Below are positions 15,672-26,960 of a stretch of 40,551 nt of DNA, piece after piece. The stretch spans positions 1-40,551 of the IMG/VR virus record IMGVR_UViG_3300033562_000804; one strand, given 5' to 3'. Origin of the DNA: a virus. Its lineage: Duplodnaviria; Caudoviricetes. The notes under the pieces are model-generated. The model had not been told where the DNA came from. It saw only the letters and a program-made list of their open reading frames with translations, and did no database searches. A program made the position numbers and the translations under genes. Every line of letters starts with the position of its first letter. Positions within the stretch are counted from its first letter, which is position 1.

Positions 15672-18377
15672 TTACACTAATATTTGTTTAATTATAAGTT
15701 CTGTTCCCTCATAATATACATCTAACTGGTCTGACCAAAGTAAATGATAACCAACTTTTTCTCCACTAACAAATCTATCGGTGCAATCAAATGGGAAATT
15801 GAAATAATACCTTTCTTTTCCATCGAACTGCAATTCTACTCGCTCCTCACATTTTGGTAAAGTTATAATAACTTGTGGATTTCTAACTAGTTCCCACGAT
15901 ACTGGTGCTATCTCTAAATAGAATTTGTCTCCGGTTTTTGTGCCATTAGACAAGTCATCTTGTACATCTTTTAAATTAAGATATGGATGCCATGGTTTAG
16001 GTGGTTCAACTTCTTTCGGAACATACTTAAATATTTCAATTGAACATCTACTTGTACCCTCTGAATCTACTCTATAAATTAGTTTGTTATTATCAAAGTC
16101 CATAAAGTAAGCAGATGCATAGTTTGAAAGATTATTCACATCATTAACTTGCACTGCCATTCCTCTTGTTCCGCAGGATACACTTATAACGTCGTTTTTT
16201 GTTATTTTTAAATCAACAAGTGATAATTGCGTTGCAGTTCCTTTTACAGCATTTGGTATTTGATAAATAGATTTTGGTACTAATGGAACACTCGCCACTC
16301 CACCAGTTTCTACCCATTCATTCCAATTTCCATTGTACATATTTTTAATAAACTTTCTCCCACTGCGAATATCAAGTGCTTCAAGACATTTATAATTCAT
16401 ACTTGTTGTATAAACATTTACATAAAAGTCGTTATCGCCAACAATATAGCCATTAGGTAGATTTTCAGTCATTCCAAAACACCTATAAAGACCGCTTGAT
16501 TTAGGCTCAAAGAAATCATGAAAATTCTTCGTTAAATCTGCATATTTATGAACCGCAATAGGGTCGAGAATATCAATGGCATCTCTCCTCATTTTAGTTA
16601 CAAGTCTAGCAGTTTGTATTCCAGTAACGTGTTCATCAACAACATCACTATCAGTTGGTTCTATTGGTTTATCGTGTGCATCAAAGAATAAATCCCAAAA
16701 TCTTTTTACAGGTTCATTATTTTCATCTGTACCAAAATGATATATTCCACCCTCGGCACAATGAGTTGTGTTCTCTAAATGAACAGTCCACTGACCATCA
16801 TTAGGGTCTATCATTGTAATGTAACTTATTTCTCCTGATGAAGCATAATCGTATTTCCAAACTTTGTTTTCTTCTTCTCGTCTGTCATCGCTACATATAT
16901 ATGGGACACTAGGATAAGAATGCCCTGATGGCGGATTTTCTATCATTGATGTGTCAATGCTTATACTTTCAAAACCGCCATCTTTTTTATAACAAACAAA
17001 GTTAATTAAAGCTCCTTGTCCACTTCTTATGTCAACAGATGTTTCATTTCTTCCATCTCTACAAATAACCTGTCTACTATTGTGTAAATTAGGCATAAAT
17101 TTGCAAGAAAGAACTTTTATAAATCCCAAACTATTGTAAGTTTTAAATTCTTCTGGGTAAAACATAGTGTAAGTCATTGGTATAGTTTGAATTATCAAAC
17201 CAGTACGACCACTTTCTAATTCATCTTTGTGAAACACTTTTGGTATTGCTTCAAATTTAACAAAATCCTCGGAGGCTATATTTGATACCAAGTCATTTTC
17301 ATTTGTCATCATTCTTGGAGTTCCTTTTGATTTTAATATGGTTTTTACATTTGTATCACTGATACACATATCTTCGCCATACATACCACCAATATTTGCC
17401 TTTTTAGGATTTTCTCCTTCAGGAGTCTTACCTAACTTCGAAGCAAGCCACATACCTTCATCAAGCATAATATCTCTTGTAAGTCTTTCTTCAATCGTTT
17501 CGTTTGTAACTACTATTTCATTTTTTTCTTTATAATAATTAACTTCAAAATATGGAATAAGACCATTACCTAAAAGATTTCCTTCTACTAATCCTTCAAA
17601 CTCTAATAAATACTTGGCATTATTAGTTAAATACATTTCGTTAGATAGTTCGGCTTCAAAATCTCCTTTTGGTATAAGAGTACCACCATACATTGGATTT
17701 TCAGGATTTTTATATATTGACTCAGGAATACTTTCGTAAACTAACGTTTTGTCAGACTTTTCCAATATTGCTTGTTCGAGAGTTTTAGCAGTTGTAACAT
17801 ACATTCTAAGCCTAACACGAGTATCTTCTTGTGCTTTTAGATTTAATGATTTAACTATTGCATCTGCGTTATTCCAAACAACAAGACAGTATCCAGGCAA
17901 TTTTGAGATTTTATCAAACTTATCTTGATGAATATATTTAAATGTTTCATTTTTGTCAGGATAATAATGTTTTAATTCATATCTACCAGAACTCGTTAAT
18001 GCTAGTGGTTTAAAACTAGAACCAACTTGTATGCCATCGAGTGTTTTTAAATTTCTAATCAAGTTAAAATATTTATTATCTAATTTTACCTTAATATCAT
18101 TCAGTCCATCTCGCAAAGTTATCATATCAGTTCCAATTGAACCAACATCGATCTTTTTATTCCACGAACCATTTACAAATACCTCGTCGCCATTTCTTCC
18201 GATACCTTTACCAGTATCTCGCCTATCTCCCTCGATAGGATTTTCTATTGCTCCCAAGCGGTAATAAAGAATGTTGTTATTTTCGAGTTCGGAAACGAGT
18301 TTTGATTTATCGCCACCGATTTCTTCTATTTTTTTGTCTGTATATTCGTTTGCTAATTTATAAGATAATATATCCAT
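15672..18377 (-). CDS. Large tail-associated / receptor-binding protein
   Basis: 901 aa between tail and lysis genes; knob-like segment SGRKFIKNMYNGNWNEWVE. Confidence 0.6.
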   Translation of the reverse strand: MDILSYKLANEYTDKKIEEIGGDKSKLVSELENNNILYYRLGAIENPIEGDRRDTGKGIGRNGDEVFVNGSWNKKIDVGSIGTDMITLRDGLNDIKVKLDNKYFNLIRNLKTLDGIQVGSSFKPLALTSSGRYELKHYYPDKNETFKYIHQDKFDKISKLPGYCLVVWNNADAIVKSLNLKAQEDTRVRLRMYVTTAKTLEQAILEKSDKTLVYESIPESIYKNPENPMYGGTLIPKGDFEAELSNEMYLTNNAKYLLEFEGLVEGNLLGNGLIPYFEVNYYKEKNEIVVTNETIEERLTRDIMLDEGMWLASKLGKTPEGENPKKANIGGMYGEDMCISDTNVKTILKSKGTPRMMTNENDLVSNIASEDFVKFEAIPKVFHKDELESGRTGLIIQTIPMTYTMFYPEEFKTYNSLGFIKVLSCKFMPNLHNSRQVICRDGRNETSVDIRSGQGALINFVCYKKDGGFESISIDTSMIENPPSGHSYPSVPYICSDDRREEENKVWKYDYASSGEISYITMIDPNDGQWTVHLENTTHCAEGGIYHFGTDENNEPVKRFWDLFFDAHDKPIEPTDSDVVDEHVTGIQTARLVTKMRRDAIDILDPIAVHKYADLTKNFHDFFEPKSSGLYRCFGMTENLPNGYIVGDNDFYVNVYTTSMNYKCLEALDIRSGRKFIKNMYNGNWNEWVETGGVASVPLVPKSIYQIPNAVKGTATQLSLVDLKITKNDVISVSCGTRGMAVQVNDVNNLSNYASAYFMDFDNNKLIYRVDSEGTSRCSIEIFKYVPKEVEPPKPWHPYLNLKDVQDDLSNGTKTGDKFYLEIAPVSWELVRNPQVIITLPKCEERVELQFDGKERYYFNFPFDCTDRFVSGEKVGYHLLWSDQLDVYYEGTELIIKQILV

Positions 18378-18380
18378 AAT

Positions 18381-18557
18381 TTACACCTTAACCCATTCTA
18401 TTCCATTTGACATATAAACAATTAAGGGAGTTGCAATTATTACAAACGCAGTACCTATCGGAACTTCATTAGGTAAAGGTCTTTTAGATATATCAGAACC
18501 ATAAATAGTAGATGAACTAGAACATAATCTAGCCATCAATTCTCCAAAACTTTCCAT
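18381..18557 (-). CDS. 58-aa hypothetical protein (MESFGELMARL...YMSNGIEWVKV)
   Basis: AAGGAAGGA RBS; fills the gap between adjacent genes exactly. Confidence 0.65.
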   Translation of the reverse strand: MESFGELMARLCSSSSTIYGSDISKRPLPNEVPIGTAFVIIATPLIVYMSNGIEWVKV

Positions 18558-18577
18558 TTATAATCATTCCTTCCTTT

Positions 18578-19273
18578 CTAAATCTCATACCAGACATGTG
18601 TCAAGCTGACATTGTTTGTTGAGTTTATTAAATTTTGTGTTCTTAATAAATATTTTGTATTATTTTTAAGTATTAGTTTTCCACCATCTGTAGCACTTCC
18701 ACCACTTCTTTGTGATGGTGTTCCTGATGCACCTAGTCGATCTTCTCTTATCATAATAGAATCATCTATAACTATTCCAGTAGGTTCTAATCTCATCTTC
18801 AAAGTTGAAACATTATTAGAACTTCTATCGTTATTTAATATTGTTTGTAAAGTTCCATCTTCATTTGCTGTTATACCTTCATAAGTAGAAAAGTATATTG
18901 CACCTTCATTTGAAGCTATTTTGAATTTTAAATGAGCATCTTTATTTCCTGTTTCTATAACCCAATTAACTGTTTGATTAGCAGGAATAGATAATACTTT
19001 TGAGTTGAAAAATGCTTTTCCATCATCTATACCGTTATAAATAACATCAGTAATAGTATTTTCAAATAGTTTTACCACTTCAAATACCATTGAATTATCA
19101 CTTTGTCCAATATTTCTTACATAATGATCTTGTGCATTTAAGTCTGGTCTAGGTTTTAAACTATATTCTTTTCCAATAGATGGTTTTTCTATTATTAGTC
19201 CACCACCTCTTGTTTCTCTCTCGAGCCAAAATGAAGTTACTAAATCTCCTTGTTTTAATTCATCGTAATCCAT
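18578..19273 (-). CDS. Hypothetical beta-rich structural protein
   Basis: AGAAAGGAAGTG RBS; located in the tail module. Confidence 0.7.
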   Translation of the reverse strand: MDYDELKQGDLVTSFWLERETRGGGLIIEKPSIGKEYSLKPRPDLNAQDHYVRNIGQSDNSMVFEVVKLFENTITDVIYNGIDDGKAFFNSKVLSIPANQTVNWVIETGNKDAHLKFKIASNEGAIYFSTYEGITANEDGTLQTILNNDRSSNNVSTLKMRLEPTGIVIDDSIMIREDRLGASGTPSQRSGGSATDGGKLILKNNTKYLLRTQNLINSTNNVSLTHVWYEI

Positions 19274-19304
19274 ATGATCACTTCCTTTCTATTCTATTCT
19301 ATTA

Positions 19305-20756
19305 TTATAAGTAAGCACATACTGCTTTTCTTCTTGCACCATAATTCCAAGTTTGTAATTTTAAAGTATTTGCATAATTAGTACAAGCGTTTAGATATAG
19401 TGTTGTGTTGTTTGTAGCATTGTAAATTATTTCATTTTGTACTGCATCAATCAAAATGGTATTGTTAGAAAATAACCAACCATTTGATTTAGGTATGTTT
19501 TGATTATTTGTTGAAGTTCCCCAACCTGGCGAAAAAGATAAAAACTGCACAGCACTTGCATCATTATATCCCATTATATCATAACTTAATTTCCATAATC
19601 CCACTTTTAGAACAATATTACCTCCAATATTGTAATATACACCATTTGTAGGGTTGTTTATCGAAGAAACATTACCATTAGAAAATATACTCCACTTATC
19701 AGGATTTGTAGGAAAACCATACGGCGCTTTATTTGTAGAAAAATATGCATCAGTAATAGTTCCAGTAGTAAGTGCATAATCAGTTCCACCGTAAACAGTA
19801 ATATTATTATTTGCAATACTTATAATAAAGAACTTCTTGTCAATAGTTATATCGGCAACTCCTTGTGCAGTTATAGTTAAGTATTTTTGCCAAATAGTAA
19901 ATTCATCAAGTGCATAACCGTTTATTAAGAATAAGTCGTCAATTTGTCCGTTAAAGAACGAAGTATTTGTCCCATCATTATTATTTGCTCCAATTCGAAC
20001 ATAATTTGTCGCTGCGTATACAGGTGCAACTGAATAACCACTTCCATCAAGTTTACCGTCGACATATATTTGCATAAAATTATTATTAAAAGTTAAAACT
20101 ACATAATGCCATTGATTATCGCAGACATTTGTTTGTGCAACAAATCCGCCGACACCTCCTGCATTATTACCAATGTACGCCTCCATTGCACCCGTTGGAG
20201 ATAGTCTGAAAACAAAACCTGCAAATGTAGGATTTGTAGATTGTGATTGAAACAAATGTCTAGCGTTTGTAGTAGTCTTAATCCAACAACCGATTGTAAA
20301 TTCCCCCGACGGTTTCAACGACGCAGTATCTGTAATTTCCAACGCTTGGTTTGTTCCGTTTAGTGTCAACGAATTTCCGAATCTACCGGTTGTATAAGTT
20401 GGAGTTCCAATGTTTGTTATTGAATAACTTCCAACACTCGGCGAACTATTTGTATCAAAAGTCCAATAGCCAGTCAACGCTTGTTGTTGTTTCAATCTCA
20501 TCTTCATACCAGGTGTTAAATACCCAGTTGTGTCGTCACTTGTAAGCATTGTGAAATCAGGACTGTCTGCTTGTGCGTAAGTTAAGTTTGCCGGTATATT
20601 TGACCAATCACAAGACAAAGTTTCTATTATATTTTCTACTGTTGTTAATCTTATATCATTATTTTCAATTCCATTTTCGGAATTATTTAAATGTTCGGCA
20701 TCTATCAATGTTGTTTGATCAGGATAATCTTTATATACTGATTTTATATAAGCCAT
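19305..20756 (-). CDS. Tail fibre/baseplate protein with a LamG (ConA-like) domain
   Basis: AEHLNNSENGI N-terminus; GYWTFD...FTIGCWIK...DNQWHYVVLTF...IYVDGKL...FFNGQIDDL. Confidence 0.85.
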   Translation of the reverse strand: MAYIKSVYKDYPDQTTLIDAEHLNNSENGIENNDIRLTTVENIIETLSCDWSNIPANLTYAQADSPDFTMLTSDDTTGYLTPGMKMRLKQQQALTGYWTFDTNSSPSVGSYSITNIGTPTYTTGRFGNSLTLNGTNQALEITDTASLKPSGEFTIGCWIKTTTNARHLFQSQSTNPTFAGFVFRLSPTGAMEAYIGNNAGGVGGFVAQTNVCDNQWHYVVLTFNNNFMQIYVDGKLDGSGYSVAPVYAATNYVRIGANNNDGTNTSFFNGQIDDLFLINGYALDEFTIWQKYLTITAQGVADITIDKKFFIISIANNNITVYGGTDYALTTGTITDAYFSTNKAPYGFPTNPDKWSIFSNGNVSSINNPTNGVYYNIGGNIVLKVGLWKLSYDIMGYNDASAVQFLSFSPGWGTSTNNQNIPKSNGWLFSNNTILIDAVQNEIIYNATNNTTLYLNACTNYANTLKLQTWNYGARRKAVCAYL

Positions 20757-20770
20757 TTTTTATTCCTCCT

Positions 20771-23212
20771 TTATTTTAGATAACCGAATACAGTTAATGT
20801 TGCTTCTGCCATTTGTGTTTGGTTTGCAGCACTAATTGTTCCAGCATCTGTTTGTTCATCTGGTAATGTATTTGCTGTTTTTAGAAAGAATTTATTTGAA
20901 CCAGAACTTAATCGATCTTTTAAATCTATGCTTTCTATTACTATTCCTTCGGTTGTGGGATTTGTATAACCACCTGTTGCAAGTGCATTTTCTATTTCAT
21001 TTCCACTTGGTATAGTCGATTCAAATATTCCAAATTCAGATGAATTTGCATATTCACTACCACTAAATTGTTTATATAGTCTTATATTATCTACTTTACC
21101 GTATATTTCAGTTTTTCCAAAAGATTCTGGTAAGGAATAAAAGTTTTCAGTTTTAAATATTGTTAATGTTAGTTTTGCATTTCTCGGTGTAAAATTTTCA
21201 GGCATTATACAATCTAAACTTAATAATCCATATTTAAGACCTGTTCCTGCTTGTAGTGTTTGTATTATTCCCAATGCAAACAAACTTGATTTATATTGTA
21301 AATTTGTTAATACTCCTTGACCACCAACTATTTCAGTATTATCTGCTAGATAAAGAGTTGATCCATTTATCGTTGCATTGTTCATTGTTGCATTGCCTTC
21401 TAGGTCAACACTAAATCCTTCATTGATTGTTGTTATACCTTCTAATTTTATTTTCTCAGCATTTATTTTTATTTCTTCTGCCGTTTGATTTATTTCACTT
21501 ATAACGCCATTTTTAGATACTTTACTATTTATTTGGTCTTGGTTTATAGTAAACTGAGATTGACTCTCTAATGATGTTGCAAATATATTTGAAAATTCAT
21601 TTTTTTGTATATATTCACATTCATATGTTAAATTATCAAAATATTTTACTTTTATAAATGTTTTATTAGCAAATGTTGGTAAAAGCATTATTGAAAATTC
21701 ATGAATTATAGGATTACTTAATATTTCATATTCTTCAGTAGTTTCATTCCAACCAATTCTTTGTATTATCTTAGCATTATTTTGTTCTATAAATATTTCA
21801 TCATATACTAAACCTAACTTTTGCAAAGGTATTGGACTGTTTAGATAAAAATAATGTGGTTCGTTATCAAAAGTAGCAACTGTATCAAACATTATAGTAT
21901 AAAAGTTAAGATATTTAGGAAATGTATATTTACTTGGATAAGCCATACCTGGATAAAGAAAGTGCAAATCAAATCCCTTTATTTTAAGACTATTTATTGC
22001 TCCGTTTGATTTCATTGTATTTTCCAATTCAACACTAGATCCAGTGTTAAATTTTGTTTTTATAAAATCAGTTAATTCTATAATTTCTCCAGCAAGTAAA
22101 GTTATCTCAGCATTTATGTTATCTATTTCAGTTTTAGCATATTTTTTAAATGTAGCTTCTCCTGTTATAGTAACATTATTCTTTCTCGATTCTTCTCCTA
22201 TTTCAGTTTCAAAATTTTGAATCATAGTGCCTCTATAAACTAATGTATTAGTTGATAGTGTAGTATATGTTTCAGAACCATCAGTGATAGATATTAAATC
22301 ATAACATTCTATTAAAGGATTACCTAATACTTTGCCGGTTTTAAAAGAGTTTATTTCAAATCCATTTACTTTAGTTAATATGTTATCGACTTGTACTTGA
22401 CTAGATATATAAGGATTTGCACTATCTAAAAATAATACATCATAATCATCATTACCACTCGTGAAATTTCTTATTCCATCTTCATAAATAACTTTTGATA
22501 TTTTATAAGATTTTCCATTTTTATAACTTTCAACAACTGATAGTGGAATAAAATTTGTTATTAAAGAATTTATATCTACGAATATTAGTTTTCCATTTCT
22601 ATCAATAATTGCTATTTTTCCACTTTGACCAGCTATATAAGATAAATATGTTCTACCTGTGATTGTATTGTCATAAGTTCCAATCAAGTCAGAATCGCCT
22701 AAAAAAGATGTTATATCGGTATCTACTCCAGCTTTTGTACAAATATCATTTAATATTTGTAATTTTGTAGCACTTCCACCGTTTAATTCTATTATTTCTT
22801 GAGCATTATATGGTTTGTCAAATTTAATAGAATTATCTCTTAATTTGATGGTTATTTTTTCTCCATCAGTTATAGGTTTATCTTGTATATTGAATATACC
22901 TATAGGTACATATTCCCAACTTGATGTTGATGGTATATATGTACCTATTGAAATTTCTACTTGATCTACTATATATTCTATATCTAATCTGTATAATACA
23001 ATATCAACCTCTTTAGATGTAAAATTTTCTAACATAAAAGTATTTGATCCGTTTGGTATTATTCTTGATTTAATAGTAATTTTTTCTAAATAATCATCTA
23101 TATTTAACAATTCAACACTGTTAAATTTTATTTTTACCTTATTTACTGCACCACCACTATATATTACTTCTTCATATTGTGCTTTTGTACAAGTTATTGG
23201 TGTATAAGCCAT
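20771..23212 (-). CDS. Tail tip / minor tail protein (Tal-like)
   Basis: 813 aa after Dit; YVPIGIFNI and ISEINQTAEEIKINAEKIKLEG motifs. Confidence 0.78.
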   Translation of the reverse strand: MAYTPITCTKAQYEEVIYSGGAVNKVKIKFNSVELLNIDDYLEKITIKSRIIPNGSNTFMLENFTSKEVDIVLYRLDIEYIVDQVEISIGTYIPSTSSWEYVPIGIFNIQDKPITDGEKITIKLRDNSIKFDKPYNAQEIIELNGGSATKLQILNDICTKAGVDTDITSFLGDSDLIGTYDNTITGRTYLSYIAGQSGKIAIIDRNGKLIFVDINSLITNFIPLSVVESYKNGKSYKISKVIYEDGIRNFTSGNDDYDVLFLDSANPYISSQVQVDNILTKVNGFEINSFKTGKVLGNPLIECYDLISITDGSETYTTLSTNTLVYRGTMIQNFETEIGEESRKNNVTITGEATFKKYAKTEIDNINAEITLLAGEIIELTDFIKTKFNTGSSVELENTMKSNGAINSLKIKGFDLHFLYPGMAYPSKYTFPKYLNFYTIMFDTVATFDNEPHYFYLNSPIPLQKLGLVYDEIFIEQNNAKIIQRIGWNETTEEYEILSNPIIHEFSIMLLPTFANKTFIKVKYFDNLTYECEYIQKNEFSNIFATSLESQSQFTINQDQINSKVSKNGVISEINQTAEEIKINAEKIKLEGITTINEGFSVDLEGNATMNNATINGSTLYLADNTEIVGGQGVLTNLQYKSSLFALGIIQTLQAGTGLKYGLLSLDCIMPENFTPRNAKLTLTIFKTENFYSLPESFGKTEIYGKVDNIRLYKQFSGSEYANSSEFGIFESTIPSGNEIENALATGGYTNPTTEGIVIESIDLKDRLSSGSNKFFLKTANTLPDEQTDAGTISAANQTQMAEATLTVFGYLK

Positions 23213-23218
23213 AATTTA

Positions 23219-23728
23219 TCACTCCTCTACAAATCCAAAAGATACATTTGTATATATGTTTTTAAGTGGTTCAGAACTATCTATGTAATATTTTGTATAT
23301 TTAGGTGAACTACAATACATTTTCTTTGTAATTATATTCCATTCACTCTCATCAAAGAATGTTGCATTAAACCATACTGGTTTCCTTAATGCTAATAAGT
23401 CTTTTATTTCTTGTCCATTCATTTCAGGAATATCAAAATCTAATGTTTTAACATCGCTTCTTAATCTATTCCTTACTGTTTTTCCAGCTGTATTTGTAAA
23501 AGAATCTAAATCAACATCATTTTGTCCAGCATCGTGAACAGGAGTATAAGGAAAGGCAATACCATTTACATAAACTTTTGAAAATTCAAAAAAATTATAT
23601 TTTGTTCCTGTTATCGCACTTCCTACTGTATAATCAGTTCCTACAACCAATAATGTATAAATAGAACCAGATAAAGTGTAATAGTTTATTCCTGTTATAT
23701 ATACTGTGTCTATCGTTACTTTATACAT
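23219..23728 (-). CDS. Distal tail protein (Dit-like)
   Basis: Directly after the tape measure gene; DLDSFTNTAGKTVRNRLR...KKMYCS...VSFGFVEE. Confidence 0.7.
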   Translation of the reverse strand: MYKVTIDTVYITGINYYTLSGSIYTLLVVGTDYTVGSAITGTKYNFFEFSKVYVNGIAFPYTPVHDAGQNDVDLDSFTNTAGKTVRNRLRSDVKTLDFDIPEMNGQEIKDLLALRKPVWFNATFFDESEWNIITKKMYCSSPKYTKYYIDSSEPLKNIYTNVSFGFVEE

Positions 23729-23730
23729 CT

Positions 23731-26700
23731 TTATCCTCCTATCGTAATAGGTTTACCATTACTTTTTGCCATTGCATTTAATTGTTTTAAAGTATAAGTA
23801 CCCAATTTGTTATTCTCATCTAAATAAATATTTATTGTTTGGTTATCATTTGATCCTGCTGATGACAATTTCTTATCGATCATATCCATCATTTGACTTT
23901 GGTTTGCTACGAATGTCTTGCCACCAATTTGTCCTACTAATTCTGCTCCTTTTTCATTTGCTATAAACATTTGTCCTACTGGAGGTAGTCCACCATCTGC
24001 GAATCTTCCTGCGCCACCAGATATCGTTTTTGTTATCGCCGCAGATTCGTTTTTAGCTCTTTTGTTAGCACTGTTTATAGAGGCTGTTATTGCCACTACT
24101 CCAGCTGCTATTCCTATAGCTGCTAATCCTAATGACCAAGCACTTTGTAAAGCACCTACCGCTACTGCTGCAACTGTAGCAGCGACTGCTAATAATCCCA
24201 GAACTGAAATTGTTTTTTCAAATCCGTTCATTTTACCCCAGTTTTGTGCAACACTTAATATTGCACCAGATAGTAATAAAAATCCTGCATAAGTAACTAA
24301 TAAAGGAACATTCATTATTGCTAATTTACCAGCTAGAGCTAAAAACAAAGATGGTAATAATTTCAAAAATGCTATTACTTTACCAGCTGTATAAAATCCT
24401 ACAATTCCTGTAAAAAATGATAATAATGTATTTGTCATTAAACTTACTGCACCTTGATTTTTTTCTGCCCATTTGCTAAAAATATTAAGATCTTCAGTTA
24501 ATAGTTTTATAAAATCTAAAACGACTCCAAAAGTCCATAGACCTATAGGTATTAAGAATTTATCTAATAACCATTGCGCTCCTTGTGTGAATGAATCTAT
24601 GATTGGTGTTAAAGCTGTAATAGAAGCAGTAATTAAATCTAAAAATGTTGGTATTATGTTTTCAACTGTGTATTTAGATAAAGGAAACAATATGTTTTTT
24701 ATAAACCAATCAACATTTGTTACAACAATCATACCAAAAGGTATTAAAGCATCAGTTAGATTTTTAAATGATTGAATTACATTTGTTAAATCTACTCCTG
24801 CTATTCCTTCAAATTTGAAAATAACTTTTCCTGTTTCTTCATCTATAAGTTTAGTAAATCCTAACCATTCCATTACTGTATCTCTTATTGAACTAGCCTT
24901 TGTTTTAACACTATCTAACATATCATTATATTTTTCAAACGAAGCGTTAAAAGCATCTTGTAGTCTTGAATCTATTGCTCCTCCACCTACTGAACTATCA
25001 TCTGATGATGGAGTAGTTATATTATTTAATTTATCAAACCCTCTTAGACCTGATTTTAACTTTTCAGCACTTTCAGTTGCTCCATCCATTCCCTCTATGA
25101 GATCGTTTGCAGCATCTCCTGTCCCAGATAATCCACTATAATCAAACTCTGGCATCTTAAATCCTAATAGTCCAGAAATAACTTTAGCTATTTCTACTAT
25201 AACCATCAAAATTGCATTTATATAAGGTAATATTGCTTGTAGAACAGGATAAAATACATTACCTACTGCTCTTGTTACCCTTTGCCATTGTTCTCCCATT
25301 ATTCTTATTTGGTTATTTACAGATTCAATAGTACGACCATAGTCTCCTTGAGATACTTTTAACTGCTTAGAAAGACTTATAACCATTGTTAATCTTTTTT
25401 CGGCAAATGTTAAGTCTCTTATGTTTCTATCTATTCCTAGTTGATCTAGTGTTCCTTGTAATGTTTTCTCTGTAATATCGGCACCTGTGGCACCTCTTAT
25501 TGGTCTAACCTGCATTGTATTCGCACTAATTCGCTAATTTTAGTACCGTTCTCTTATGAACTGCTATGCCTTCATTTATTCGCATAGATTAGACTATATC
25601 TTCTATTATTTCTAATAGCCTACCTTTTCCACTCGCTTGAGTGTACTCTCTTTCGAGATAGTCGTTGAAGTTTATTTGACTTCATATTTCCATACATATC
25701 CTTTATATGTTTTTAAACTTCCACGACAACAATCTCTTATATGACTAGATAAAATGCCATTTTTTCTACTTGCATCTCCACTACTTTCATATTTTTCTAT
25801 AAAATTGCCATCTTTGTCAAATTTTAAAACACTTTTACTTGTTTTTAAATCATTACCCATAGGCATGACTCTTAACTTATTTTCTAAAGCATGTATATTA
25901 TTATGTTGAATACTACACCATTCCAAATTATCTATATTGTTATTGTTCTTATCGCCATCTTTATGATTAACAACTGGATAATTATTAGGATTCGGTATGA
26001 ATGCTTGTGCTACTAATCTATGAGAAGAAAATTCTTTGTTTTTACTTTTTAAAGATAATGTATATCTTTTATAACCATCTTTATCAATCTTATTTTTTAT
26101 ATAATTAGGTAAAGGATATTGTTTTAAATTACCTTTATTATCATATTTTATTCTTCTAACATTTCCATGATTAGATATTTCATAGTATTCTTCATAATTT
26201 TTTATCGGTTTCCAAATTTCTTGCATATTATTTCCTCCAAGCACTAATATACATCGTTCGACCGAAAAAGTCAAATCTTACCTGCTGATTGCCTCCTTAA
26301 AGGTGTTCCAGCAATTAAATAGGTTTAAAGTGAGCCATAGTATTAACCCACTAATGCAGACTGTAAAGCATTTTCTGCTCTACTTAAATCTATATTATAT
26401 AAAGATGATATATCGTTTGTCATTTTAACCATAAGTTCTGAAAGTCGTTCACCAGTTTCTACTGGTAACTGCATAGCATTAGATAATTGCTTAAATATAC
26501 CTAATGATCTTACTAGTCTGGATTCATCAAGACCATAAACTTCACTCATAGTATTTACAAACTTTTTAACATTTGCAGATGATTCATCGACACTTTTACC
26601 ATTTCTTTTGAATGCAACTTCTAATAAGTTTATATTTTCTACATAATCAGAACTTTCTTTAACAATACCAGCCATAAATCCAGAAAATCTTTTTAATCCA

Positions 26701-26954
26701 GCCATTATAATACCTAGTTTTGCTAAATTAAATCCCATTTCAAATGATTTTCCTACATTTTTAATTTTTTTAGTATCACTATCAGCATATTTTTTAGTAC
26801 TTTTAGTTAAATCATTTACTTGTTTTTGCTTTCCTGTATCAATTCCACCCAATATTGTATTTATCGTTTGTAAAGTTTTAGCATATTCTTCTAGTTTTTT
26901 CTTACCAGTAACACTATTATTAAACTTTACTTTTACTGAAGTTTCTTCTCCCAT
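23731..26954 (-). CDS. Tail tape measure protein, two exons (26954-26346 and 25512-23731; 796 aa spliced)
   Basis: Exons join in frame as LQSALVG|QVRPIRG; C-terminal RFADGGLP...ANEKGAELVG...VANQSQ motif. Confidence 0.9.
25513..26345 (-). mobile_element. Group I self-splicing intron, 833 nt
   Basis: P1 GUGGGU/GCUCAC with U-G at the 5' splice site; P AATTGCTGGAA, Q AATCAGCAGG, R TTCAACGACTA, S AAGATATAGTCT; terminal G. Confidence 0.93.
25672..26226 (-). CDS. Intron-encoded NUMOD4-HNH-NUMOD1 homing endonuclease
   Basis: GGAGG RBS, MQEIWKPIKNYEEYYEISNHGNVR, HRLVAQAFIPN...VNHKDGDKNNNNIDNLEW, CCRGSLKTYKGYVWKY. Confidence 0.93.
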   Translation of the reverse strand: MQEIWKPIKNYEEYYEISNHGNVRRIKYDNKGNLKQYPLPNYIKNKIDKDGYKRYTLSLKSKNKEFSSHRLVAQAFIPNPNNYPVVNHKDGDKNNNNIDNLEWCSIQHNNIHALENKLRVMPMGNDLKTSKSVLKFDKDGNFIEKYESSGDASRKNGILSSHIRDCCRGSLKTYKGYVWKYEVK

Positions 26955-26960
26955 AAATTA

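Noticed and set aside
23731-25515. Independent gene starting at ATG 25515
   Set aside because: That ATG is the last three bases of the intron and has no SD; the frame is exon 2 of the tape measure gene.
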